This document shows, in pieces, positions 1 to 9,575 of a DNA stretch of 64,000 nt. The translations under genes and the position numbers were made by a program. The stretch lies in NCBI GenBank assembly GCA_965248695.1, contig CBDFKD010000001.1, positions 61,411 through 125,410 of the forward strand. The letters run 5' to 3'. Under the pieces are notes generated by a model. The model was not told the origin of the DNA, made no database searches, and was given only the letters and a program-made list of their open reading frames with translations. This stretch comes from Acidobacteriota bacterium. GTDB taxonomy: Bacteria > Acidobacteriota > UBA890 > WLXD01. Every line of letters starts with the position of its first letter. Positions within the stretch are counted from its first letter, which is position 1.

Positions 1-2221
1 CGGCCTCGTGGCGCTCGGCGCCGCGGTGCCGATCGATCGTGAGCTCGCGGCGGTGGCGACCTCCGGAGTCGTGCTGGAACCGAAGGCACTGCAGCAGGTG
101 GCCGCCACGGCGCGCGTCTGCAACGAGTTGCGTCGGCGCTACCTCGTCGATCCCGACCGCTGGCCGGCGCTGGCGGCGCTCGTGCGGGAGGCACCGTCGC
201 TCCGTCCGCTGTGCGACCAGATTGACCAGGTGGTCGATCAGGAAGGACAGATCCGCGACGATGCCTCACCGGAGCTGCAACGCATCCGGCGGCGAGCGCA
301 GCGACTGCGCGCCGGATTGCGTACGCGGCTCGAGAAGATTGCCCGCGATCCGGACCTTGGCGAAGTTCTTCAGGACGCGCTGGTCACCGAGCGCGGCGGC
401 CGCATGGTGGTACCGGTGCGCTCTGGCCAGCGCGACCGGATGCCCGGTGTCGTACACGACGCCTCGTCGTCGGGCCAGACGATCTTCGTGGAGCCCCTGG
501 AGCTTGTCGACGACCAGAACCGGGTGGCGGAGCTGGTAGCCGCCGAGCGCGACGAGATCCGGCGGCTGCTGGCCGAGGCCAGCGCTCACGTCGGGGCGGC
601 ACGCGACGCGCTGGCGCTGGCGCAGTCAACCGTGGCCGATGCCGATGCTCTGCAGGCAACCGCCCGGTATGCCGAGGCCGAGGAGGCAGTGCGACCTCAG
701 TGGGTCGCCGACGGTCTGAGGCTGCGTGGGGCGCGACACCCGTTGCTCGCATCGGAGAGCGTTGTTCCACTGGATCTGGAGGTGCCGTCAGGAGTGGGCG
801 CGCTGATCATCACGGGGCCCAATACCGGCGGCAAGACCGTCGCTCTGAAGACCGTCGGCCTGCTGGCAGCGATGGCGCAGAGCGGCATCCCGGTGCCCGC
901 CGCCGAGGCGCGGTTGCCGCTCTTCCCGCGCATCCATGCCGACATCGGTGACGAGCAAAGCGTTACCGCCAACCTCTCGACGTTCTCCGGCCATCTGCGC
1001 CACATCGTCGATTTCCTGAGCGATTGTCCGGCCGGAGCCCTTGTGCTCCTGGACGAGCTCGGCACCGGCACCGATCCGGCAGAGGGCGCCGCGCTCGGCA
1101 TCGCGCTGGTCGAGCGCTTTCTCCAGGGTGGCGCCGTCGTCGTCGTGTCGACGCACCACGACGCGCTCAAGTCGTTCGCTCATCGGCGTGCCGACGTGCT
1201 GAACGCCGCGATGGAGTTCAACGTCGAGACCCTGGCGCCGACCTATCGCGTCCGGCTCGGTAGGCCCGGACGCAGCAACGCGCTGCAGATCGCAGCGCGC
1301 CATGGGGTCGACGAGACCCTCATCGGGCGGGCCAGGGAGCTGCTCGCGTCCGACACGGTCCAGCTGGATGCTGTTATCCGTGATCTCGAGGCGGACACGC
1401 GCGCTATTGAGCTCGAGCGCGCCGAGCTCGCCGGCCAGCAAGCTCAGCTGGATGCGGAGCGCGAGCAGCTCGAACGCCTCGATCGCGAGCGCGTCGAGGC
1501 GCAGCAGGCTCACGAGCGCCACGCCGACGATGCGGTGAAGCGCGTAGTCGAGGATCTCCGCCGCCGTGGTGAAGAGAAGTTGGCGGAGCTCGAGTCCCAG
1601 ACCGACTCCGGCTCGGAGCTCGCCCGTGCCGACCGCAAGGCGCGCTGGTCGGCCAGCGCCGGGCAGCTGCGCTCCGAAGCGCAGCGCGAGGTGCGCGAGA
1701 CGGTGCGCGGGCGGAAGTCAGCTGGCCAGCCCCCATCGACCGCCTCGGAGTCGGATCTCGGGGAGCTCGGACGCGGCGAGTCGGTGCTGGTTGCGCCGTT
1801 TGGCCTCAGTGGCTCGGTTCTTCGGGATTGGGCGCCGGAGTCCGACGACGCGGCGGCGGTCGAAGTGGGCGTGGACGGTAAGCGGCTGGTGGTGCGCCGG
1901 GACCAGGTCGCGCGGGATACCACGGGTCGGAGCAAGCGCCGGTCACAGTCGGCGGCGTACCATCGCCGTCCGGATGTCGGCTGGGAGATCGATTTGCACG
2001 GAAAGCGAGTGGAGGAGGCGATCGCCGATGTCGAGCGCTACCTCGACGACGCGGTGCTGGCGGGGTTGCCCGAGGTGCGTTTGATCCACGGGTTCGGCAC
2101 GCTGCGGCTGCGGGATGCCATCCATCGCTATCTCGGCAAGCGTCCCGACGTCGTGCGCTTTGCCACCGCCGATCCGATGAGCGGCGGGGGTGGGGCGACG
2201 ATCGTACGGTTGGAAGACTGA
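1..2221 (+). CDS. mutS2: Endonuclease MutS2 (MutS-family ATPase with C-terminal Smr domain); 5' end probably upstream of the window
   Basis: ORF 8..2221 is open to the window edge. Walker A GPNTGGKT, MutS motif LLDELGTGTDP, long coiled coil, and C-terminal Smr EIDLHGKRVEEA...LIHGFGTLRLRD. Confidence 0.9.
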   Translation, partial: GLVALGAAVPIDRELAAVATSGVVLEPKALQQVAATARVCNELRRRYLVDPDRWPALAALVREAPSLRPLCDQIDQVVDQEGQIRDDASPELQRIRRRAQRLRAGLRTRLEKIARDPDLGEVLQDALVTERGGRMVVPVRSGQRDRMPGVVHDASSSGQTIFVEPLELVDDQNRVAELVAAERDEIRRLLAEASAHVGAARDALALAQSTVADADALQATARYAEAEEAVRPQWVADGLRLRGARHPLLASESVVPLDLEVPSGVGALIITGPNTGGKTVALKTVGLLAAMAQSGIPVPAAEARLPLFPRIHADIGDEQSVTANLSTFSGHLRHIVDFLSDCPAGALVLLDELGTGTDPAEGAALGIALVERFLQGGAVVVVSTHHDALKSFAHRRADVLNAAMEFNVETLAPTYRVRLGRPGRSNALQIAARHGVDETLIGRARELLASDTVQLDAVIRDLEADTRAIELERAELAGQQAQLDAEREQLERLDRERVEAQQAHERHADDAVKRVVEDLRRRGEEKLAELESQTDSGSELARADRKARWSASAGQLRSEAQREVRETVRGRKSAGQPPSTASESDLGELGRGESVLVAPFGLSGSVLRDWAPESDDAAAVEVGVDGKRLVVRRDQVARDTTGRSKRRSQSAAYHRRPDVGWEIDLHGKRVEEAIADVERYLDDAVLAGLPEVRLIHGFGTLRLRDAIHRYLGKRPDVVRFATADPMSGGGGATIVRLED

Positions 2222-2223
2222 AG

Positions 2224-4023
2224 ATGGCCTGGCCGCGTTCCTTCATCGACGAGGTGAAGCGTTCCGCCGACCCAGTGCAGCTCATCGGCGAAGTGGTGGC
2301 GCTGAAGAAGCGCGGTACCCGCTGGGTCGGGCTGTGCCCCTTCCACCAGGAAAAGACGCCGTCGTTCACGGTCAACGACGAGGGGTTGTGGCACTGCTTC
2401 GGCTGCAGCGAGGGCGGCGATCTGTTCAAGTTCGTCCAGCAGCACGAGGGCATCGACTTCGCCGAAGCGGTGCGCAGCCTGGCGGAGCTGGGTGGTGTGG
2501 CGATCCCGGAGTCGAGTCGCGGGCCCCGTCAGCAGGGGCCGCAGATCGATCGGGAGCGGATCCTGCAGGCACTTCGCGCGGCGGCCGAGTTCTACGTCGC
2601 CGAGCTTCAGGGTCAGCGCGGAACGGGGGCCCGCACCTACCTCAGCGAGCGGGGCTTCGACGAGGCCGTTACTGCCGGGTTCGGGCTCGGCTACGCCCCC
2701 GGCGGGTGGGGCACGCTCCAAGGTGTGCTGGAGAAGCGTGGCTTCACGATCGCCGAGCTGGAGTCCGCCGGTCTGGTACGCAAGCGCGCCGACGGCAGCG
2801 GCGTATACGACCTGTTGCGCGATCGCGTCGTGTTTCCGATTCGCGATAGCCGCGGCCGGCCAATCGCCTTCAGTGGCCGTGTGCTGGGGGAGGGTGAGCC
2901 CAAATATCTCAACTCGCCGGAGACCCCTGTATTCAACAAGAGCCGCACGCTCTACGGCCTGCGCGAGGCCCGAGAGGGGATCCGCAACACGGGGTTCGTC
3001 ATGCTCGTCGAGGGACAGCTCGACTTGCTGGCGTGTGTGCAACACGGGTTCGCCAACGTCGTCGCTCCACTCGGCACCGCGTTTACTCACGAGCATGCGC
3101 GCGCGCTTTCGTCGCATACCGGAAAAGCGGTCATCGCCTTTGACGGCGACAACGCCGGTCGAGCGGCGGCCGAGCGCACCGTGGCGATCTTCCTGCCGGC
3201 CGGTTTTCAGGTCACCGTCGTGCAGCTGCCGAGTGGGCAGGATCCGGACTCGTTCCTCGGTGAAACGGGGGCCGACGGTTTGTCGGAGGCATTGCGGCGA
3301 TCGCTGCCGGCGCTCAGCTTCCTGGTGGCGCGGGCGGGCGAGCGCGGTGATCTGCGCAGCCCGCAGGGCAAGGCGCAGGCGCTGGCGTCGTTGCTCGGGT
3401 TCGTTCTCGAGGTGGAGGATCGCGTCGAGCGCGCCGAGTGGATCGGACGCATTGGTGACTCGCTGGAGATCTCGCGCCATCTCGTCGAACGCAGCTTTGC
3501 AGAGCTCCGCCAGCGTTCGCGGCGGCGGGCCGGCGGGCCACCGGCGGGCTCGCCGCCAGAGCCGTCCGCCGCGGCGCGACTTGGCGAGGTGCCGGTGGCT
3601 GAGCGCGATCTGGCTCGCGCCCTGCTGCGTCATCCGGAATGGTTGCCGCAGCTGCAGAAGATCTATGCAGGAGGAATTACCGACCCGCGCGTGGAGGCCT
3701 TGCTGGAAGCGCTGTCGGGGTCTGAAACCTTGCCCGAGCGTGTCGAGGAGCTGCTCGATGGCTGCGACGTCGAGGGAGCCGCTCAGCTGCTGACCCGGCT
3801 GGTGCTCGAGGAGGCAGAGGATCCGGTGCGGGAGTATGCGCTGAGCTGTGCAGAGGCGCTTCGACGGGGAGCGCTGGAACGAGAAAAGCGCAGCTTGCAG
3901 AAACAGATCGAGGGGCTACCTCAATCCTCGGTCGGCGAGATCGATGCGCTCCACAGCCGCAAGATGCTGGTCGCTCGAGAGCTCGAATCGTTGCGACCGA
4001 CCAAGACGGATCTGCATGACTGA
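2224..4023 (+). CDS. dnaG: DNA primase DnaG
   Basis: CHC2 zinc finger CPFHQEKTPSFTVN...WHCFGC and TOPRIM EGQLDLL...AFDGDNAG. The ATG lies 2 nt after the mutS2 stop. Confidence 0.95.
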   Translation: MAWPRSFIDEVKRSADPVQLIGEVVALKKRGTRWVGLCPFHQEKTPSFTVNDEGLWHCFGCSEGGDLFKFVQQHEGIDFAEAVRSLAELGGVAIPESSRGPRQQGPQIDRERILQALRAAAEFYVAELQGQRGTGARTYLSERGFDEAVTAGFGLGYAPGGWGTLQGVLEKRGFTIAELESAGLVRKRADGSGVYDLLRDRVVFPIRDSRGRPIAFSGRVLGEGEPKYLNSPETPVFNKSRTLYGLREAREGIRNTGFVMLVEGQLDLLACVQHGFANVVAPLGTAFTHEHARALSSHTGKAVIAFDGDNAGRAAAERTVAIFLPAGFQVTVVQLPSGQDPDSFLGETGADGLSEALRRSLPALSFLVARAGERGDLRSPQGKAQALASLLGFVLEVEDRVERAEWIGRIGDSLEISRHLVERSFAELRQRSRRRAGGPPAGSPPEPSAAARLGEVPVAERDLARALLRHPEWLPQLQKIYAGGITDPRVEALLEALSGSETLPERVEELLDGCDVEGAAQLLTRLVLEEAEDPVREYALSCAEALRRGALEREKRSLQKQIEGLPQSSVGEIDALHSRKMLVARELESLRPTKTDLHD

Positions 4024-4065
4024 GCGCAGCCGGCGCGGCCTCCTGGCGCGCCCCGGCGCATGCGG

Positions 4066-5469
4066 CTAGGCGGCTGTCCCGGAGCGCCCGCTCAACGCTC
4101 GGCCAACTCCATACACCAGGATGCCGGCGAGCATGCCTGGCAGGATCTCGTAGACCGAGTCGGGATCGCCGAACGATCGCCACAGCAGCATGACAGCGAG
4201 AGACACGGACATCATGGTGATTCCGAGCTTGCTGCTGACGGGTTTGCCGAGCGCACGCAGAGCGAGCAGTGGGCCGAGCGTGCCGCCAAGGGCCGACCAC
4301 GACAGCACGACGAGATCGAAGACGCTCTGGCCGCCGGAGAACACGAACAATACCACTGCCGCGGTGACGGCCAGCGTACCGAGCTTTGCCCGCGCATAAG
4401 AGCTTTCCCCGGGTACGAGATCTTGCGTCAACGCCGCCGAGCAGGCGAGGATGAGCGAGTCCGCCGTCGAGATCGTCGCCGCGAACACGCCGGCAAGGAT
4501 GAACCCCACCAGGACGTCGGGAAGCAACAGCTGGGAGAGTGCCGGTAGGCCGAGCTCCGGATCGAACTCCGCCACGACCGGCAGCAGCACGCGGGCTGCC
4601 AGGCCGACGGTGATCGCGGCGCCGGCGAACAGACTGTAGTAGGTGATGTAGATGCGTCGTGACAGGGCGATGTGATCGGTGTTGTCGATCGTCATCGGCC
4701 GGATCATGACGTGTGGCTGGCCTAGAACGCCAATGCCGGCCGCTACCCAGCTGCCGAGATACAACGCGAAGCCGTATCGCAGATTGGCCGGCCTCCAGTC
4801 GATCAGCGAGGGATCGATGGCCTCGAGTTGGCTCCACATGATGCGGAAGCCGCCGATCTCCCCAACGGCCACCGCCATCAGCAAGAACATCGCCAGGAAC
4901 ATCACCGAGGCCTGCGCGGTGTCCGTCCAGATGGACGCTCGGATGCCACCGGCGAAGCAGTACGCCACGACGATGCCGGCGCCCAGCAAGACCCCGACGC
5001 TGTAGTCCCAACCGAAGAGCACCGACAGCGCCTTGCTCCCGGCGGTCAACTGCGCTCCGGCATAGGTGCCGAGGAAAATCATGCTGGCAGCAGCGGCGAC
5101 ACGGATAATGCCCTGTTGCTCCTCGCCGTCCGCCGACGTGCCCAGGAACCGGGTGACGCTGTTGGCCCCAACGCGCTCGCTGCGCTCCCTCAGCGGCTCA
5201 TGGATCCAGTGCCAAGCCAGATAGTCGCCGAACACCCAGCCCACCATGATCCACATCGACGACAAGCCGATGGCATAGGTTGATCCGATCAGGCCGATGA
5301 ACATGAAGCCGCTGTTGGCGGTGGAGACGGCGGACAGGGCCACCGGCCACGGACCGACCTGTCGACCAGCCAGCAAGTAATCGTCGGTCGTCTTCTGTCG
5401 ACGCGTCGACGAATAGATGCCGATCCCCAGAAACACCAGCAGGAAGAACAGAAAGCTCGTGGCGATCAC
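4066..5469 (-). CDS. Sodium:solute symporter (SSF family, PutP/PanF-like)
   Basis: 467-aa multi-pass membrane protein with an SSF-like N-terminus (FFLLVFLGIGIYSS..TDDYLLAGR). Substrate not assignable. Confidence 0.85.
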   Translation of the reverse strand: MIATSFLFFLLVFLGIGIYSSTRRQKTTDDYLLAGRQVGPWPVALSAVSTANSGFMFIGLIGSTYAIGLSSMWIMVGWVFGDYLAWHWIHEPLRERSERVGANSVTRFLGTSADGEEQQGIIRVAAAASMIFLGTYAGAQLTAGSKALSVLFGWDYSVGVLLGAGIVVAYCFAGGIRASIWTDTAQASVMFLAMFLLMAVAVGEIGGFRIMWSQLEAIDPSLIDWRPANLRYGFALYLGSWVAAGIGVLGQPHVMIRPMTIDNTDHIALSRRIYITYYSLFAGAAITVGLAARVLLPVVAEFDPELGLPALSQLLLPDVLVGFILAGVFAATISTADSLILACSAALTQDLVPGESSYARAKLGTLAVTAAVVLFVFSGGQSVFDLVVLSWSALGGTLGPLLALRALGKPVSSKLGITMMSVSLAVMLLWRSFGDPDSVYEILPGMLAGILVYGVGRALSGRSGTAA

Positions 5470-5610
5470 AGGGCGTGTCTCTCCTCGGTCAGGGCTCGGC
5501 CGCCGGAAGATACCTGGGCGCGATCTGGTTTTCCAGTGTGTGGCCCGAAACCGGGTCCCGGATAGAATGCACCGGAGACGCTGGGGCCCTCAGGCCAGCG
5601 CGTCTTGGCA

Positions 5611-5684
5611 GGGCCCTTAGCTCAGTTGGTCAGAGCCGCCGGCTCATAACCGGTAGGTCCCAGGTTCGAGTCCTGGAGGGCCCA
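5611..5684 (+). tRNA. tRNA with anticodon CAT (elongator Met, or Ile2 read via lysidine); CCA not encoded
   Basis: Hand-folded 74-nt cloverleaf. Acceptor GGGCCCT/AGGGCCC, D stem GCTC/GAGC, anticodon stem GCCGG/CCGGT with loop CTCATAA, T stem CCAGG/CCTGG with loop TTCGAGT, discriminator A. G1:C72 pairs, so it is not an initiator. Confidence 0.9.
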
Positions 5685-5749
5685 CTACTAAACAGCACAA
5701 TCAAAGTCACTTACGGCGAGCCGAGCGCTGGCCGTTCGTGCGTCTAGAC

Positions 5750-6427
5750 CTAGACGAGTCGCTCGCGCAGTGCCTTTGCTACCGCGCCGCTGCGCGAGTG
5801 TACGTGTAGCTTGTCGTAGATTCGGCGTATATGCGCGTCGACGGTGTGGTAGCTGACGTCCAAGAGGTCGGCGATTCCCTGCATTGTCGGGCCGTCTACG
5901 AGGAGATCGAGAATCTCACGCTCACGCGGTGTCAGACCGTACTCGTCGGAGGCGCGGCGCAACCGCGCGAAGGTATCCAGAAGCTTGCGCGCGATGAACG
6001 TATTGATCGGTGCGCCACCGGCGGCCACCTCGTGCAGTGCACCTACAATCTGCTCGGGTGACGAGCCTTTGAGCAGATACCCGGATGCGCCGGCGAGGAT
6101 CGCCTCGTAGACGACGTCGCGCTCGTCGTGAACCGTCAGCATGAGAATGCGCGAGGCCGGAGACTCGGCCGCCATGCGACCGCACCCCTCGATGCCGCTC
6201 ATTCCGGGAAGGCCGATGTCCATGAGCACGATGTTCGGTGTGTTGCCCGTGCGTAGCTCCGCCAGGGCTGCCTCGCAATTGGAGACAGCCAATCCGCAGT
6301 TGAACTCGGGCTCACCGCGCAACAGCTCGACGATCGTCGTCCGGAACAGATCATTGTCTTCGATCAGCCAGACGACCAGTGGTGATTCGGCGTGCGGACG
6401 GGTGTGCTTGTCGGCGAGCGGCTGCAT
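5750..6427 (-). CDS. NarL/LuxR-family two-component response regulator
   Basis: Receiver domain (VVWLIEDNDLF...VLMDIGLPGMSG) plus LuxR HTH (LTPREREILDLLVDG...SYHTVDAHIRRIYDKL). Start trimmed to the internal ATG at 6427 (MQPLADKH), because the 46 upstream codons of ORF 5750..6565 have no receiver homology. Confidence 0.85.
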   Translation of the reverse strand: MQPLADKHTRPHAESPLVVWLIEDNDLFRTTIVELLRGEPEFNCGLAVSNCEAALAELRTGNTPNIVLMDIGLPGMSGIEGCGRMAAESPASRILMLTVHDERDVVYEAILAGASGYLLKGSSPEQIVGALHEVAAGGAPINTFIARKLLDTFARLRRASDEYGLTPREREILDLLVDGPTMQGIADLLDVSYHTVDAHIRRIYDKLHVHSRSGAVAKALRERLV

Positions 6428-6599
6428 GTGAGTTTTCTCTGCGGATAGCTGCATGAGATAGAGCGTATCGCAGCACAGAGGTCGGGCCGTCACGAGGATT
6501 CGGGAGGTGACGATATTGACGACGGTGCCCCCGACGACGTAATCCATCGGGTATGCGAGGTCCAAAGCAAACCTGTCGCGTCACTCGGCGGACGTATCG

Positions 6600-9575
6600 A
6601 TGCCGGTAGCGCAGCGGCGCAAGCTCGGCCGGGTACTGTGCGCAACGATGGCGTCTTCGGTCTGGTTGACGCTGCAAGCGGGCACGGCGCTGGCACATCA
6701 GGTCCGGCTTCCGATCGTTGCCCAACCCGGCGAGCGCGTCGGATCGAGCGTGGCCCTGGACGATGGCAGGATCGTCGTAGCGGCGCCCGGGCGCGCCGGC
6801 GCGGGGCAGGAAGGCCGGGGTCGCGTGTTGATCCTGCGTCAGCGCGTGGATCGGTGGGTTGTCGCCAACACCCTGCGCGCAGCCGATGCCGGCTCGGTCA
6901 CGCTGGGCGCGAAAGTGGCCATCGACGGCACCACGGTCGCGGTGGGCGACTTCGACTACTCGCGGCCCGTGCCGCAGGCCGGGATTGTCCGCCTTTTCGA
7001 TACCGCCTCAGCCGGCGTGCCCCAGCAGACGCTGGCGGTCGAGGAGTCAGCGATCGCCACCCTGTTCGGCGGTTCGGTCGACGTGTCGGGAGACCTCCTG
7101 GTCGTCGGCGCGCCCGGAGCGCACGTCGACGGCCTTCGTAGCGGCGCCGCGTATGTATACCGCCGACGCGGCGCCGACTGGGAGCTCGTACAACGCCTCA
7201 CCTCCCCGCGCCCGGTCTTCAACGCCTTCTTCGGTGTGGTCCGGATCGTCGACGACCGGATTCTCGTTGGCTCGCGCAACGAGCCAGCCAGTGCAGCCGG
7301 GAGTGGTGCGGTGCTGGTTTTCGTCCGTCGGCCGGGCACGAGCCGCTGGGAGCTGAAACAGACACTCGTTGCGCCGGGCGCGCCGGCGGATGCCACGTTC
7401 GGCGTGGTGCTCGCCGCTCGCGGCGATGCTCTGGCGGTAGGAGCGCGCGGGGCGAACGGAGCCTTCGTGAATCTTTTCGGATGGGATGGCGCCGCGTACC
7501 GGCATCAGCAGCGCGTCCGCATCGCGGGGCTGGCGCCGGAAGCAGGCTTCGGCACATCGCTTGCGCTGACCGATGAGTTTCTGCTCGTCGGGGCGCCCAA
7601 CGACACGCGCACCGCGATCGCGAGTGGGGGGGTCTATGTCTTCCGGAGAGGATCTGCCCCCGACGAGCGCTATCGGCTAGCCGCTTTCCTCGGCTCGCCG
7701 TCGGGAGGCGCGGGCGACCAGTTCGGGGCCTCGCTCGCCGCTCGCGGCGAGCGCATGGTGGTCGGAGCGCCGGGCGCCGATGGGTCGGGGGCGGCATTCC
7801 TCTACGATCTGAAAGCCGTTGCCGACCCGCCTGCGTTGTTCGACCCGCTCGCTCCCAACGTGCTGCCGCGCGCAAGTGTGCGCGCCATGCTCCAGGACGA
7901 ACTGGGGTTCCTCTGGCTGGGTGCCGACGATTCGCTGATCATCTACGACGGTTACGGGGCGCGTCGGTACACCTATGACGCAGCGGACCCCACGTCGCTT
8001 CCGGCGGGCCTGGTGTTGAGCATGCTCCGGGATCGATCGAATCGATACTGGATCGGAACCGAGCACGGTCTGGCGCGATTCGATCCGGTTGCGGAGATCT
8101 TCCAACGCTACCCGGTCCCCGCGGACGATCATCCGCGCACCTCGTTCGTGGCGCTCTTCCAGGATCGGTCGGGAGTTGTTTGGACAGGGACCAACGGGCG
8201 GCTCTACCGGTATTTTCCGGAGGATGATCGCTTTGCCGCCGTGCTCCTCGGCGCGGACGAGCCACGAACGATCGACGAGGCGTACATCAGCGGCATCCAG
8301 GAAGACGCCGGGGGCCGGCTGTGGGTGCTCGCCAAAAGCCTGTGGGAGAACCGCGCCTCCCTTTATCGTCTCGGCCGCGACAGAACCGATACCGTGCGCT
8401 ACCCGCTCGATCCCCGGTGGGGTCAGGTAGGCCCGTTCGCGATCGACTCGGCCGATCGCTTTTGGATCAAGGCACCCGGCCCCGCGGTCGTTCCCGACGT
8501 GCCCGGTGAGGCCATCGAACCGGCTGTCCGTCCCTCGGCGGAGGTTCACTGGACGTTTCACGAGGACCGACGTCAGGAACTGTGGATCGGCGTCGACCGC
8601 GGGTACTTTCATCGTTCCGTCGAAGCCGAGCTCACCGGGCCCTTGCGCCAAGCCGGCGCCGGAATCGCCGAGCTCAAAGTGCTGAGCTTCCTGACCACAG
8701 GTGATGGCAGCCTGCTCGCCGGTACGTCGGTAGGCGTGTACCGTCGGCTCCCCCTCGCCGGGACCCAGGGCCGCCAGCGCCAGGCTGGACAGCACGCCGA
8801 GCCTGTCCCGGGCGCCGGCGCCGGGGTGCTCGGCGCGGCGCAGCCGGTCAGCGTCGTGCTTCGCGACGTCGAGATCTTCGGTCGTGATGGCCCCCGGAAG
8901 ACACAGACCGAAGGGCTCGGGCGAGTGACGCTTCTTCCGGCTGACTTCCGCTTGACAGTCGAGTACTCGGCGCCTGCGTTCACCGACCCGGACAGAACCC
9001 GCTATCGGTACCGCTTGCGGGACTACGACCGCACCTGGGTCGACGCAGGCGATCGGCCGTTTGCCCTCTATGCGAACGTTCCTCCCGGGGAATACGCATT
9101 CGAAGCGCGGGCGACGGTCGTGGACGGGCGCGGCGAGGTGGTCGAAGCGCTTCCCCTCTTGCTCGATGTGCAGGTTGTTGCACCCTTTTGGCAGCGCGGC
9201 TGGTTTCGGGCGCTCCTGGGGCTGGCGGTAGCGGGAGTGTTGGCGGTGGGGCTGCAGCTGCGGCGCCGCCAGCGACGCTACGTCGCCGGGATACGCCGCC
9301 AGATCGCGGCCGATCTACACGATGATCTGAGCACCAACCTCAGCGGCATCGCGCTCGCCAGCCGTATGTTGGCGCGTAACCAGGCTCTCGAAGAACCCGA
9401 ACGCGATGCGTTGGGACGCATCGTCAACGCCGCCGACGAGATGGCGGGAGATCTGCGGGACATCGTCTGGCTCGTCGATCCTGGACGCGACACCGCCGAC
9501 GACGTAGCCGACAAGATGCGGGATGTCGCCGCGGCTCTCCTCGGCACTATTCCTTTCGAGCTCGATCGACGGTGA
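6600..9575 (+). CDS. Sensor histidine kinase, sensor plus HisKA_3 part (FG-GAP-like repeats, Reg_prop/Y_Y_Y-like propeller, TM helix, dimerisation/His domain); truncated by a frameshift
   Basis: Signal-like N-terminus. FG-GAP-like units (DLLVVGAPG...SGAAYVYRR) and Reg_prop-like units (YWIGTEHGLARFD, VWTGTNGRLYRYF). Y_Y_Y-like RYRYRLRDYDRTWVDAG, TM WFRALLGLAVAGVLAVGL, and H-box IAADLHDDLSTNLSGI. Ends at TGA 9573-9575 with no ATPase domain. Confidence 0.8.
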   Translation: MPVAQRRKLGRVLCATMASSVWLTLQAGTALAHQVRLPIVAQPGERVGSSVALDDGRIVVAAPGRAGAGQEGRGRVLILRQRVDRWVVANTLRAADAGSVTLGAKVAIDGTTVAVGDFDYSRPVPQAGIVRLFDTASAGVPQQTLAVEESAIATLFGGSVDVSGDLLVVGAPGAHVDGLRSGAAYVYRRRGADWELVQRLTSPRPVFNAFFGVVRIVDDRILVGSRNEPASAAGSGAVLVFVRRPGTSRWELKQTLVAPGAPADATFGVVLAARGDALAVGARGANGAFVNLFGWDGAAYRHQQRVRIAGLAPEAGFGTSLALTDEFLLVGAPNDTRTAIASGGVYVFRRGSAPDERYRLAAFLGSPSGGAGDQFGASLAARGERMVVGAPGADGSGAAFLYDLKAVADPPALFDPLAPNVLPRASVRAMLQDELGFLWLGADDSLIIYDGYGARRYTYDAADPTSLPAGLVLSMLRDRSNRYWIGTEHGLARFDPVAEIFQRYPVPADDHPRTSFVALFQDRSGVVWTGTNGRLYRYFPEDDRFAAVLLGADEPRTIDEAYISGIQEDAGGRLWVLAKSLWENRASLYRLGRDRTDTVRYPLDPRWGQVGPFAIDSADRFWIKAPGPAVVPDVPGEAIEPAVRPSAEVHWTFHEDRRQELWIGVDRGYFHRSVEAELTGPLRQAGAGIAELKVLSFLTTGDGSLLAGTSVGVYRRLPLAGTQGRQRQAGQHAEPVPGAGAGVLGAAQPVSVVLRDVEIFGRDGPRKTQTEGLGRVTLLPADFRLTVEYSAPAFTDPDRTRYRYRLRDYDRTWVDAGDRPFALYANVPPGEYAFEARATVVDGRGEVVEALPLLLDVQVVAPFWQRGWFRALLGLAVAGVLAVGLQLRRRQRRYVAGIRRQIAADLHDDLSTNLSGIALASRMLARNQALEEPERDALGRIVNAADEMAGDLRDIVWLVDPGRDTADDVADKMRDVAAALLGTIPFELDRR

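Noticed and set aside
2128-3633. 501-aa ORF antisense to dnaG. Similar long antisense or out-of-frame ORFs occur at 3677-5011, 12045-13556, 21907-23232, 23529-24539, 25417-26613, 29379-30539, 32975-34219, 39055-40284, 42442-43512, 50379-51473, 52372-53817 and 54034-55401.
   Set aside because: Each overlaps a gene with strong family motifs on the other strand or frame. Their translations are Arg/Ala/Gly/Pro-rich with no recognisable motifs, as expected for stop-poor alternative frames in high-GC DNA.
5685-5749. AT-richer stretch after the tRNA as an integrative-element att site.
   Set aside because: There is no integrase, no direct repeat of the tRNA 3' end within the window, and no phage or conjugation genes.
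5744-5755. Tandem CTAGAC-CTAGAC at the response-regulator stop, as an excision footprint of a CTAG element.
   Set aside because: It is only a 6-nt duplication with no element-terminus sequence, which is too short to distinguish from chance.
7626-7632. G7 homopolymer inside the kinase (and C7 at 11931-11937) as phase-variation tracts.
   Set aside because: The reading frame is intact across the G7 tract and the actual frameshift is 1.9 kb away. The C7 tract lies in an already decayed fragment.
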